Made by a program: the position numbers and the translations under genes. The notes below the pieces were generated by a model, which saw nothing but the letters and a program-made list of their open reading frames with translations, had not been told where the DNA came from and ran no database searches. Positions 1 through 13,272 of a stretch of 64,000 nucleotides of DNA are shown here, in pieces. Source of the stretch: Eledone cirrhosa (lineage: Eukaryota); NCBI GenBank assembly GCA_964016885.1, contig OZ024758.1:28148001-28212000 (forward strand). The letters run 5' to 3'. Numbering within the stretch: the first letter of the stretch is position 1; every line of letters starts with the position of its first letter.

Positions 1-585
1 GTGCGTTTGTATTTTTGTAAGTGTGTCTGTGTTTGCATGTTTATATTTATATACTCATACATATAAATGTATGCATATGCACATACACACATGCACACAC
101 TTATACACATACACGTGAGCGTAATGTAAAACAACAAATACTGAATCTATGCAAATAATTTAGCAACTCACGTTTTGCTTTAGTCCAAAATTGCAAGTTT
201 CCTTTACAGAACTCTAGTTGAATGAAAAGGCACCAGAGCCAAATCTAAAATGAAAAAATTAATATTAAGTTAAGTATTATGAACAAATATGTTCTGTAAT
301 GCATTATTAATTAGGTACATATGAGGGTTAACTGAAAAGTTCATAGGCTGTCTATAAAAAAGTGATGCTAGAGCTGTGAAATATTGCATGCATTAATTTC
401 AACTCTTCTTATTAATAACTACATTGTTGTTTCTTTCTAGGGACTATGTTGAAAAATACACCTCATTTGGTCATTCCATGAGAGTATCTTGAAAAAGGCC
501 TTATTAACAGAATCCTCAATCTAATTTAAATCAGCTAAATGTGAGAGTCCCATATGCAGAAAATAATTGTAACATTTGAACATTA

Positions 586-752
586 TAGTGGATTGGCAGA
601 GCTTTGCAGAATAGAGTTATGGCCCTTTACGTTCTCAGTTCAAATCACCCGCCGATGCTGGCTTTGCCTTGCATCCTTATGGGGTCGATAAAATAAAGCA
701 CCTGTAACACGCTGGGGTAATTGCTGGCCTTGTGCCAAAAGTAGAAACAATT
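586..752 (+). mobile_element. tRNA-derived SINE family 1 (decayed copy)
   Basis: A-box-like tggcagagc, B-box-like gttcaaatc, central GCCTTgCATCCTTAtGGGGTCGATAAAATAAAG and tail TGGCCTTGTGCCAAAAGTAGAAAC, shared with copies at 16724, 37660 and 41705. Confidence 0.75.
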
Positions 753-977
753 ATAACCAATAGTTGAGAAAATTTAGTAAACTATATTTAGAGATGGGAA
801 AAATGAGATGGAGGAGCTTCTTTGCCACTATTTTCTATCCGTTCTCTGAGAGTTATCTAGTCAACAATATCACTCATAACATGCCATTACATTTTTAAAA
901 TTTCAAACACTCCCAGCACCTCAATATTTCATAAAGTTTTATTATACACAGTTTATTTAAAAAAAAAAAGGGCAAAG

Positions 978-2740
978 TCCACCCAGTATGGTGATCTGGT
1001 GCTGACATAGAACCCAGTCCACCCTGTATGGTGATCTGGTGCTGACATAGAACCCTGTCTAGCCAGTATGGTGATCTGGTGCTGACATAGAACCCAGTCT
1101 AGCCAGTATGGTGATCTGGTGCTGACATAGAACCCAGTCTACCCTGTATGGTGATCTGGTGCTGACATAGAACCCTGTCTAGCCAGTATGGTGATCTGGT
1201 GCTGACATAGAACCCAGTCTAGCCAGTATGGTGATCTGGTGCTGACATAGAACCCAGTCTACCCTGTATGGTGATCTGGTGCTGACATAGAACCCAGTCT
1301 AGCCAGTATGGTGATCTGGTGCTGACATAGAACCCAGTCTACCCTGTATGGTGATCTGGTGCTGACATAGAACCCAGTCCACCCTGTATGGTGATCTGGT
1401 GCTGACATAGAACCAAGTCTAGCCAGTATGGTGATCTGGTGCTGACATAGAACCCAGTCTAGCCAGTATGGTGATCTGGTGCTGACATAGAACCCTGTAT
1501 GGTGATCTGGTGCTGACATAGAACCCAGTCCACCCTGTATGGTGATCTGGTGCTGACATAGAACCCAGTCCACCCTGTATGGTGATCTGGTGCTGACATA
1601 GAACCCAGTCCACCCTGTATGGTGATCTGGTGCTGACATAGAACCCAGTCTAGCCAGTATGGTGATCTGGTGCTGACATAGAACCCAGTCCACCCTGTAT
1701 GGTGATCTGGTGCTGACATAGAACCCAGTCTACCCTGTATGGTGATCTGGTGCTGACATAGAACCCAGTCCACCCTGTATGGTGATCTGGTGCTGACATA
1801 GAACCCAGTCCACCCTGTATGGTGATCTGGTGCTGACATAGAACCCTGTCTAGCCAGTATGGTGATCTGGTGCTGACATAGAACCCTGTCTAGCCAGTAT
1901 GGTGATGACATAGAACCCAGTCCACCCTGTATGATGATCTGGTGCTGACATAGAACCCTGTCTAGCCAGTATGGTGATCTGGTGCTGACATAGAACCCAG
2001 TCCACACTGTATGGTGATCTGGTGCTGACATAGAACCCAGTCCACCCTGTATGATGATCTGGTGCTGACATAGAACCCAGTCTACCCTGTATGGTGATCT
2101 GGTGCTGACATAGAACACAGTCCACCCTGTATGGTGATCTGGTGCTGACATAAAACCCAGTCCACCCTGTATGGTGATCTGGTGCTGACATAGAACCCAG
2201 TCCACCCTGTATGGTGATCTGGTGCTGACATAGAACCCAGTCCACCCTGTATGGTGATCTGGTGCTGACATAGAACCCAGTCCACCCTGTATGTTGATCT
2301 GGTGCTGACATAGAACCCAGTCCACCCTGTATGGTGATCTGGTGCTGACATAGAACCCAGTCCACCCTGTATGTTGATCTGGTGCTGACATAGAACCCAG
2401 TCCACCCTGTATGGTGATCTGGTGCTGACATAGAACCCAGTCCACCCTGTATGTTGATCTGGTACTGACATAGAACCCAGTCTAGCCAGTATGGTGATCT
2501 GGTGCTGATATAAAACCCAGTCTACCCTGTATGGTGGTCTGGTGCTGACATAGAACCCAGTCCACCCTGTATGGTGATCTGGTGCTGACATAGAACCCTG
2601 TCTAGCCAGTATGGTGATCTGGTGCTGACATAGAACCCTGTTTAGCCAGTATGGTGATCTGGTGCCGACATAGAACCCAGTCTAGCCAGTATGGTGGGTG
2701 ATCTGGTGCTAAAACAACAAAGAACTCAGTCCACCCTGTC
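978..2740. repeat. 40-bp minisatellite, about 43 copies, two main unit variants
   Basis: Unit GTATGGTGATCTGGTGCTGACATAGAACCCAGTC[CACCCT/TAGCCA] repeated head to tail with no unique spacers. Confidence 0.97.
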
Positions 2741-2801
2741 TGTGTTGGTGACATGAAAATAAAAAGGACCTAGCCACCCTCTAAGGTGGTCATATATATA
2801 C

Positions 2802-2861
<60 letters not shown>

Positions 2862-2866
<5 letters not shown>

Positions 2867-5239
2867 GAATACCAAGGCATACCCTGGGGAAGAATGTACC
2901 CCACAGCATAGGTTAGTTGTTAGTGATATCTCAGTAAGCAAGAGATGGAATGAGACATATAAGAAGGTGTGGAGAAGAAAGGTCTGGAAGCTAAAAGACC
3001 TTTCACTAAAATACAAATTTAGGAAAGCCCTTCAAGATGTATATGACGAAAAAGAAGACGATTTAGAGACGTATGACATAGATAATAACTGGAATTTCTT
3101 ACGTGACAACTTGCTGCAGGCTACTGATGAAACCTGTGGCTGGAGCAGAGCTCCAAACAGACAGAGAGTGACCTGGTGGTAAAACAGCACAGTAGATAAG
3201 GCTATTAGAGACAAAAGACTAGCATGGAAGGCTTGGAAAAAGGGTGGGAGTAGGGAAGAATATACAGCCACTAAGAGAGAAGCTAGACGTCAGGTTTACT
3301 TAGCACGCAGGGAGGCAGAGAGTAGGAGGTTTGCCAATGTTCTGCGACGGGAAGATCAGAGGCGTGCAGTGTTCCACATTGCAAGGCAGTGTGTCAATGC
3401 AAATCAGGATGTTGTTGGAGATAAATGTGTCCGGGATGATGCCGGTGTACTTAGTGTCACGAATGATCAGAAAAAGGAGGCCCGGAAATGTCATTATGAG
3501 AGACTGATGAATGTGGAGAACGAATGGGAGAGAGAAATTACCCTTGGTAGATCCGACAGAGGGACCAGCTATTGAGATTGACGAATATAAGGTCCAAGAG
3601 GCGATTAGGGAAATGAAAAGTGGTAAGGTTGCCGGACCATCGGGAATAGTTGCTGAGATGCTGAAGGCATCAGGGGACGTAGGCACTAAACTGGTTGCAC
3701 GCATCATCAATCAGGCTATATATGGTGGTGTCATACCCAAAGACTGGTGCAGCAGTATTCTGATAAATTGCTACAAAGGTAGAGGGGATGCTTTGGAGAG
3801 GAGCAATTATAGGGGTATAAAACTGATAGATCAGGTTATGAAAGTGGCAGAAAGGATTTTAGCACAACTAATTAGAGAAAGGGTCAAACTAGATGAGATG
3901 CAATTTGGTTTTGTGCCTGGGAAGAGTACAACAGATACCCTCTTCTTGGTGAGACAATTACAAGAGAAGAATAAGCCACTATACTTAGCCTTTGTTGACC
4001 TAGAGAAGGCCTTTGATAGGGTACCCCGATCTGTCATCTGGTGGACCCTAAGGAAGCTAGGTGTTGAGGAATGGCTTGTGAGGACAGTGCAAACTTTGTA
4101 CAGAGGTACTCTCAGTAAAGTCAGGGTAGGAATGGAGTTTAGTGAGGAATTCCAGATACAAGTAGGAGTACATCAGGGTTCGGTCCTCAGCCCGCTCTTG
4201 TTCATTATAGTCCTCCAAGCCATAACAGAGGAGTTTAAGACTGGCTGTCCATGGGAACTTCTCTATGCTGACGATCTGGTTCTTATAGCAGAATCAGTAG
4301 AGGAGCTAGAGAATAAATTCTGGCTATGGAAACAGCAGTTGGAAACAAGAGGACAGAGTGAATCTAGCTAAGACAAAAGTGTTGATGAGTAGAAAAGAGG
4401 ACAAAACCCTGATTCAGTCAGGGAAATGGCCATGTTCGATATGCAGAAAAGGAACTGGCATAAATTCTATAAAATGTACACAATGCAGATCCTGGGTACA
4501 CAAGAGATGTAGCGGGATAGCAGGCAAACTAACGGGCAGGGAGAAATATGTATGCAGTAGATGTACAGGGAAATTAGACAGTAGAAGTCGCATTGATAGA
4601 CACATTTTTCAAATGCAGGAGGGCGCTATAGAAGTGGTGGATAGCTTCCGGTACCTAGGAGATCAGATTAGCATGGGAGGAGGGTGTTCCGGGGCCATAG
4701 TATCTAGAATAAGGACGGGTTGGAAGAAGTTTAGGGAGCTGCTTCCTCTGTTGACGAAGAAGGGTTTCTCCCTGCGTACGAAAGGCCGGTTGTATGATGC
4801 CTGTGTGAGGAGCGCGATGCTGCATGGTAGTGAGACATGGGCAGCAACTGCAGAGGATATGCACAGCTGGAGAGATATGAGGCAAGCATGCTCCGTTGGA
4901 TGTGCAGTGTAAATGTGCGTGAATGACCCAGCATAAATGTGTTGAGAGAGAAACTGTGTCTGAGAGGGATAGAATGTAGTGTACGGGAGAGGAGACTGAG
5001 GTGGTATGGAGGATGACTGATGGGTGAAGAAGTGCCAGGAAATGTCAGTTGAAGGAAGACGTGGTAGAGGTAGACCACGAAAAACATGGGCGGAGGTGGT
5101 GAGAACAGACCTCAGATCATTGAAGCTCACGGTGGAGATGACGAGGGACCGTGATGAGTGGAGAGATGCTGTGCTGAATAAGACCCGTCCCACCCTTGCA
5201 AGCAGGGAAAAGCAGACGTAAAATGATGATGATGATGAT
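2862..5239 (+). mobile_element. RTE-clade LINE family A, 5'-truncated and disrupted (end of APE domain, RT, PHD-like finger, (GAT)n tail)
   Basis: RT motifs QFGF, FVDLEKAFD, GVHQGSVLSP, LLYADD, VDSFRYLG in ORFs 3511-4371 and 4358-4912; C-terminal RGRGRPRKTW; stops and frameshifts; GATGATGAT tail; (TA)n on both sides. Confidence 0.95.
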
Positions 5240-5254
5240 ACACATATATATATA

Positions 5255-5395
5255 TTGTATTCGTGGGCCATAAAAATACCTACAAACATCAAAATATAAT
5301 AAAAAGAGAGGGAGTGTCTTATGTGAAGTCGTGTCCAGTAGGACGGAAAATATGGTATATTGTTATTGATAATTTACCGTTAAAAAAAAATATAT
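5255..5395 (+). mobile_element. internal fragment of the Tigger-like MITE seen at 31017-31365
   Basis: Shares AAACATCAAAAT and AAATATGGTATATTGTTATT..GTTAAAAAAAA with about 31100-31220. Confidence 0.6.
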
Positions 5396-5441
5396 ACAAA
5401 CATATATATATACATACATATATATACATATATATATATAC

Positions 5442-5490
<49 letters not shown>

Positions 5491-5491
5491 C

Positions 5492-5556
<65 letters not shown>

Positions 5557-5581
5557 CATATATATACATACATATATATAC

Positions 5582-5618
<37 letters not shown>

Positions 5619-5730
5619 CATATACATATATATATACATATATATATACATATATATATACATATACATATATACATATATATACATATACATATACATA
5701 TATATATACATATACATATATACATATACA

Positions 5731-5762
<32 letters not shown>

Positions 5763-5882
5763 CATATATATATATACATATACATATATACATATACATA
5801 TATATATATACATGTATATATATATATATGTATGTATATATACATATATATATATGTATGTATATATACATATATATATATG

Positions 5883-5932
<50 letters not shown>

Positions 5933-5964
5933 TATATATATACATACATACATATATATACATA

Positions 5965-6002
<38 letters not shown>

Positions 6003-6225
6003 CATATATATATATACATACATATATATATACATACATACATATATATACATACATACATATATATACATATATATATATACATACATACATATATATA
6101 CATATATATATATACATACATACATATATATATATATACATACATACATATATATATATACATATATACATATATATATATACATATATACATATATATA
6201 CATATATATACATATATATATATAC

Positions 6226-6256
<31 letters not shown>

Positions 6257-6372
6257 CATATATACATATATACACGTACATATATATATATATATACATA
6301 TATACATGTACATATATATATATATACATATATACATGTACATATATATATATATACATATATACATGTACA

Positions 6373-6412
<40 letters not shown>

Positions 6413-6429
6413 CATACATATATATACAT
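5391..6429. repeat. compound (TA)n/(TACA)n microsatellite
   Basis: Direct reading of the sequence. Confidence 0.98.
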
Positions 6430-6676
6430 AGTGTAGGTGTCACGACAAAAAAACACACAGTCCACGCTGTAATGTGGCCGTGTAGGCAACACGGTAAAAA
6501 CCTCCCAGCCCCACACTGTAAATGTGGTTGGTGTTAGGAAGGGCATCCAACTGTAGAAAACTTGCCAGACAGTCCTATGCGAGCAAGACAATCACTCTTG
6601 CCTCAAGTGGGAAAACCCCCGTCCAAACCCATGCAAGCATGGAACACGGACGTTAAACGTTGATGATGATGATGAT
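6430..6676 (+). mobile_element. 3' UTR/tail fragment of RTE family B
   Basis: Near-identical to 11824-12078; contains GGTTGGTGTTAGGAAGGGCATCCA; ends in (GAT)n; embedded in (TA)n. Confidence 0.9.
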
Positions 6677-6800
6677 ATATACATATATATACATATATAC
6701 ATGTACATATATATATATATACATATATATACACATATATATATATACATATATATATACACATATATACATATATATATATATACATATATATATACAC

Positions 6801-6843
<43 letters not shown>

Positions 6844-8044
6844 TACATATATATATATATATATATACATATATATATACACATATATATATATATACAT
6901 ATATATATACACATATATACATATATATATATATACATATGTATATACACATATATACATATATATATATACGTATATATATACACATATATACATATAT
7001 ATATATACGTATATATATACACATATATACATATATATATACACATATATATATATATATATACATATATATATACACATATATACATATACATATATAT
7101 ATACATATATACATATATATACATATATACATATATATACATATATACATATATATACATACATACATATATACATATATACATGAAGGCGTGTGGCTGA
7201 GTGGTTAGAGAATTGGATTCACAATCGTGAGGTTGTGAGTTCGATTCCTGGACCGGGCGATGCGTTATGTCCTTGAGCAAGACACTTTATTTCACGTTGC
7301 TCCTTCTACCTGGAGTTGTGACCGACAGATAGTATTAGCAACTGGAAAGACCGACATATATATATATATATACATATATATACATATATACATATATGTA
7401 TACATATATATATATATATATACATATATGTATACATATATATACATATATGTATACATATATGTATACATATATATATATATATATATACATATATGTA
7501 TACATATATATATATATATATACATATATGTATACATATATATATATATATATATACATATATGTATACATATATATATATATATACATATATGTATACA
7601 TATATATACATATATGTATACATATATGTATACATATATATATATATATATATACATATAATATATATATATATATATACATATATATACATATAGTATA
7701 CATATATGTATACATATATGTATACATATATATATATATATATATACATATATGTATACATAATATATATATATACATATATGTATACATATATATATAT
7801 ATATATACATATATGTATACATATATATACATATATATATATACATATATACATATATATATACATATATATACATATATATATATACATATATACATAT
7901 ATATATACATATATATATATATACACATATATATATATATACACACATATATATATATATACACACATATATATATATATACATACATATATATATATAT
8001 ATACACATATATATATATATACACATATATATATATATATACAC

Positions 8045-8096
<52 letters not shown>

Positions 8097-8190
8097 ATAC
8101 ATATACATATATATATATACATATACATATATATATACATATACATATATATATATACATATACATATATATATACATATACATATATAT

Positions 8191-8231
<41 letters not shown>

Positions 8232-8388
8232 TATATATATATATATACACATACATATATATATATATATATATACACATACATATATATATATATATAT
8301 ACACATATATATATACATATACATATATATATATACATATACATATATATACATATATACACATATATACATACATATATACATATAT

Positions 8389-8421
<33 letters not shown>

Positions 8422-8952
8422 TATACACATACATATACACATACATATATACATACATATATACATACATATATACATACATATATACATATACATATAT
8501 ACATATATACATATATATATATACATATATATACATATATATACATATATATATACATATATATATACATATATATATACATATATATATACATATATAT
8601 ATACATATATATATACATATATATATACATATATATATACATATATATATACATATATATATACATATATATATACATATATATATACATATATATATAC
8701 ATATATATATACATATATATATATACATATATATATATACATATATACATATATACATACATATATATATACATATATACATACATATATATATACATAT
8801 ATATATATACATATATATATACATACATATATATACATATATATATACATATATATATACATATATATATACATATACATATACATATATATATACATAC
8901 ATATATATATACACATATATATATATATATATACACATATACATATATATAT

Positions 8953-8991
<39 letters not shown>

Positions 8992-8996
8992 TATAT

Positions 8997-9045
<49 letters not shown>

Positions 9046-9062
9046 CACATATATATATATAT

Positions 9063-9105
<43 letters not shown>

Positions 9106-9122
9106 CATATATACATATATAT

Positions 9123-9153
<31 letters not shown>

Positions 9154-9154
9154 T
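6677..9154. repeat. compound TA/CA microsatellite interrupted by a SINE head at about 7187-7310
   Basis: Direct reading of the sequence. Confidence 0.97.
7187..7310 (+). mobile_element. tRNA-derived SINE family 2 head (CORE-like), 3'-truncated
   Basis: GGCGTGTGGCTGAGTGGTTAGAG (A box), GAGTTCGATTCC (B box), TGTCCTTGAGCAAGACACTTTA (CORE-like segment). Confidence 0.8.
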
Positions 9155-12078
9155 GGAATTCTGTGACGCAAATAACCTAACTATCTGCAACACTAACTTC
9201 AAAAAACGTGACAATCACCTGATCACCTATAGATCCGGGGAACACACAAGCCAGGTAGATTATATCCTTACCAGAAGACGTGACAAAGTGACTGTGTTGT
9301 AAACACTAAATCCCTCCCCCATGAAGAATGCACCTCCCAACATAGACTGATAATTAGCGACCTAATAGTCAGGACGAGACATATAGGCAACAGAAGAGGA
9401 CTACCCTCAGGAGAAAAATATGGAAGCTAAAGGACCCCACAGCCAAAAATAAATTCCAAAGCATATTACTTGATGCTTTCGACAGTAAGGAAGAGCAAAT
9501 AGAGTCGTACAAGGTAGAGGAACAGTGGGAATTCTGAAAGCAAACCTGCTGACGGCGACAGACGAAGTCTGTGGCTGGAGCAGGCCTGTAGGCAGGAGGA
9601 GAGTAACATGGTGGTGGAACAGTAAGGTGGAGGGGTCAATTAAGGCCAAAAAGCAGACTTGGAAAGTATGGCGGGATGGGGGAAGCAGAGAAGACTATCA
9701 AGTGGCCAGGAGGGAAGCTAGGAGACAAGTGTACTTCGCAAGAAGGGAAGCAGAGGAAAGAAAGTTCAAGCATGTTCTACAACGTGAGGACCAAAAACGT
9801 GAGGTGTTCAGATTGCTAGGCAATGTGTCAAGGAAAACAGTGATATTGTCGGGGAGAAGTGTGTACTTAACGATGATGGCGTACTTGCCATCACCGACGC
9901 CGATAAGAAGGTAGCTTGGAAGTGTCACTATGAAAGGCTACTCAATGAGGAGAATAAATGGGAGAAAGACAGTCTCCCCCACATCGACCCAATAGAGGGA
10001 CCAGCAGTGTTAGTCGAGGGTAGTAAAATAAGTAAGGCAATCAAAGATATGAAGACAGGCAAGGCGGCTGGGCCTTCGGAAATAGTTGCCGAGATGCTGA
10101 AGGCATCTGGTACGGTGGGACACACCATGGTCACCCGGATAGTCAACCAAGTCATACAGAATGGGGTTGTTCCGAAGGACTGGCGTAGCAGCATTATCGT
10201 TAACTGTTATAAGGGTAAAGGAGATGCCCTAGATAGGAGTAACTATAGAGGCATTAAATTAATCGACCAGGTCATGAAGGTCACGGAAAAAGTAATAGCG
10301 CAACTAATCAGAGAGCGAATTGATCTAGATGAAATGCAGTTCGGGTTTGTGTCAGAGAAAAGTACCACAGACGCTCTTTTCATTGTACGACAACTACAGG
10401 AGAAGTACCTAGCTAAAAGTAAACCCCTATACTTAGCTTTCGTCGACTTGGAGAAGGCCTTCGACAGAGTCCCCCGTTCCATCATCTGGTGGGCTCTTAG
10501 AAAACTAGGTGTCGATGAATGGCTTGTGAGAGCTATACAAGCCATGTATAAAGAAACAGTCAGCAAGGTTAGAATTAACAACGAATATAGTGAAGAGTTT
10601 AGTGTAAAAGTTGGGGTTCATCAGGGCTCTGTTCTTAGCCCCCTACTATTTATTATTGCCCTCCAGGCTATAACAGTGGAGTTCAAGACCGGCTGCCCAT
10701 GGGAACTCCTATACGCAGATGATCTAACGCTCATAGCTGAATCAATGGCCGAGCTAGAGAAGAAATTCCAAACATGGAAGCACGGGCTAGAATCAAAAGG
10801 CCTTAAAATTAACCTGGCTAAGACTAAAGTTCTAGTTTGTAAGAAAGAAAATAAGGCGGCGGTCCCCTCCGGGAAGTGGCCATGCGCAGAGTGTAGGAAA
10901 GGCGTAGGTAGAAATTCCATTTTGTGTCCCAAATGCAAAGTTTGGGTTCATAAAAGATGTAGTGGGATCACAGGTAAGCTAACATAGATCACACATAAGC
11001 TAAGAACATAGATTTTACATGTGGCCGGTGTTCTGGGGCAATAAGTAGCAGCAAGTGCCCACAAAATACTAGCTCTTTCAACTGCGCAGAGGGTTCTATA
11101 GAAATAGTGGACAGCTTCCGTTACCTGGGTGACAAAATCAGCAGTGGGGGAGGGTGCTCTGAAAGTACAGTAGCTAGAGTCAGAACTGGGTGGAAAAAGT
11201 TCAGAGAGCTTATACCACTATTAGCCGCTAAAGGGTTCTCACTAAAAATGAAAGGCAGGTTGTACGATGCCTGCATACGAACAGCAATGTTGCATGGCAG
11301 TGAGACCTGGGCATTGTGTGCAGAGGATATACGCAGACTAGAGAGAAACGAAGCTTGCATGCTCCGCTGGATGTGTAATAGTAATATACGTGAACGACAA
11401 AGCATAAACGAACTAAGGAAAAAATTAGAAATAAGAGGGATCAGATGTTGTTTACTAGAGAGAAGGCTACGTTGGTATGGTCACGTGATGCGCATGAAGG
11501 ACGATAGCTGTATAACAAAGTGCAGAGCAATAAAGATAGATGGTAGCCACGGAGTAGGCAGACCCAGAAAAACCTGGGACGAGCTGATAAATTCCGACCT
11601 CACACACACCTCTCCAAGACAATGTCACTGGACCGAGACCTTTGGCGGTACTCAGTAACAGAGAAGACCCGCGTTACCTAAATACAAAGTAAAACCTACT
11701 ACAGTCAGTAGGCATCTCTAACAAAATACACCCCCGTCCCACCACCCCCACCCCATCCACACCGCCCCTTTCAATGTAAAGTTATGTTGGTGCCACAAAA
11801 TCCAGGCCGAAACAAATGAGATCGTGTAGGTGTCACGAAAAAAAAAAAACACACAGTCCACGCTGTAATGTGACCGTGTAGGCAACACGGTAAAAACGTC
11901 CCAGTCCCACACTGTAAATGTGGTTGGTGTTAGGAAGGGCATCCAGCTGTAGAAAACCTGCCAGACAGTCCTATGCGAGCAAGACAATCACTCTTGCCTC
12001 AAGTGGGAAAACTCCCGTCCAAACCCATGCAAGCATGGAACACGGACGTTAAACGATGATGATGATGATGATGATGAT
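9155..12078 (+). mobile_element. RTE-clade LINE family B, 5'-truncated and disrupted, with long 3' UTR
   Basis: APE C-terminal residues (ITYRSG..QVDYIL), RT ORF 10007-10987 with LLYADD, PHD-like finger, ORF 11107-11658, about 390-bp 3' UTR, (GAT)n tail. Confidence 0.95.
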
Positions 12079-12147
12079 ATATACATACATATCTACATAT
12101 ATACATATATATATACACATACATATATATATATACATATATATAAA

Positions 12148-12551
12148 GGCGCATGGCTTAGTGGTTAGAACATTGGGCTTGCAATCAAAAGGTCGTGAGT
12201 TCAATTCTCAGATCGGGTGATGAGTTGTTTCCTTGAGCAAGACACTTTATTTGACATTGCTCCACTTTACTCAGCTGTAGAAACTGCAAAGTGGTCGTGG
12301 AGGTGCTATGGCAAAAAAGCACCCAGCCCACACTGTAAATTGGATGTGTAGGTGCCACGGCAAAAAAGCACCCAGCCCACACTGTAAATGAGGTTGGTGT
12401 TAGGAAGGGCATCCAGCTGTAGAAATCAAGCTAGAATCAGTTCCCGTATGAGCAAGACTAGGTCAGCCGACCAGACACTGCCCACAACAGGACAACCCGT
12501 CTAACCCATGCTAGCGTGGAAGAACGGACGTAAAACGATGATGATGATGAT
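12148..12551 (+). mobile_element. full-length SINE family 2 with an RTE-C-type 3' end
   Basis: tRNA head with A and B boxes, CORE-like segment, 48-bp repeats and AGGAAGGGCATCC domain; 3' part nearly identical to 33340-33600; (GAT)n tail. Confidence 0.88.
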
Positions 12552-12561
12552 ATATATATAT

Positions 12562-12607
<46 letters not shown>

Positions 12608-12689
12608 ATCATCCTTGCTTTCCTGTTTTCCATGATGTCATGGAGTGGACTGGTTGTAACGGTTTTACCGTCATACATTCATAGTTATA

Positions 12690-12920
12690 TATCAATACAT
12701 GTGTGTGTGTGTGTGTGTGTGTATATATACACTTATATATCATCATTGTCAGTTTGTAATCATACATACATACTTAAATCTTTACATACAACATATATAT
12801 ACATATACACACACATATCTATATACACACGTGTGTGTGTATTTGTGGTGTGTGTGGTGTGTGTGGTGTGTGTGGTGTGTGTGGTGTGTGTGCTGTGTGT
12901 ATATATATATATATATGTGA
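12690..12920. repeat. (TG)n, (TA)n and (GTGTGTGTG)n simple repeats
   Basis: Direct reading of the sequence. Confidence 0.9.
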
Positions 12921-13272
12921 AAAGTAAACAGACAATGAAGTACAATGAAGAGATATATTACCTTTTCCACAGTAGCAAGAAAATAAATCTTCAGCTTAAA
13001 GTAAATTAGTAAACAAGCCTGACAGTGTGAACTCGGTAAACTGTTCTTAAAAACACTTCAACACAGAAACCAAAACTAAAATTTACACATAACAAAATTT
13101 ATAATAAATTTTGTTTAGAATCTGCCACCCCGTTTTACAGCATTTCTATGGTAAACCTGAATAACAGACGGACACCCAGAGAAAGGCAAAGATTTCTCCC
13201 TAGACATCTGAAGTTCATTACATTGCAGTCTTTCATGGCTTAAATGTTTTATAATCAAAGACTGAGCCTCTT

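Noticed and set aside
320-350. Mariner-like TIR (and a pogo-like end at about 38930-38964)
   Set aside because: Only one end is visible; not enough to call an element.
978-2740. CRISPR array or repetitive protein
   Set aside because: Contiguous tandem units with no unique spacers and no cas genes; eukaryotic context; the same peptides recur in all three frames because the period is 40.
7187-7260. tRNA genes (also 12148 and 16724)
   Set aside because: They are SINE heads that continue into SINE bodies; no complete cloverleaf.
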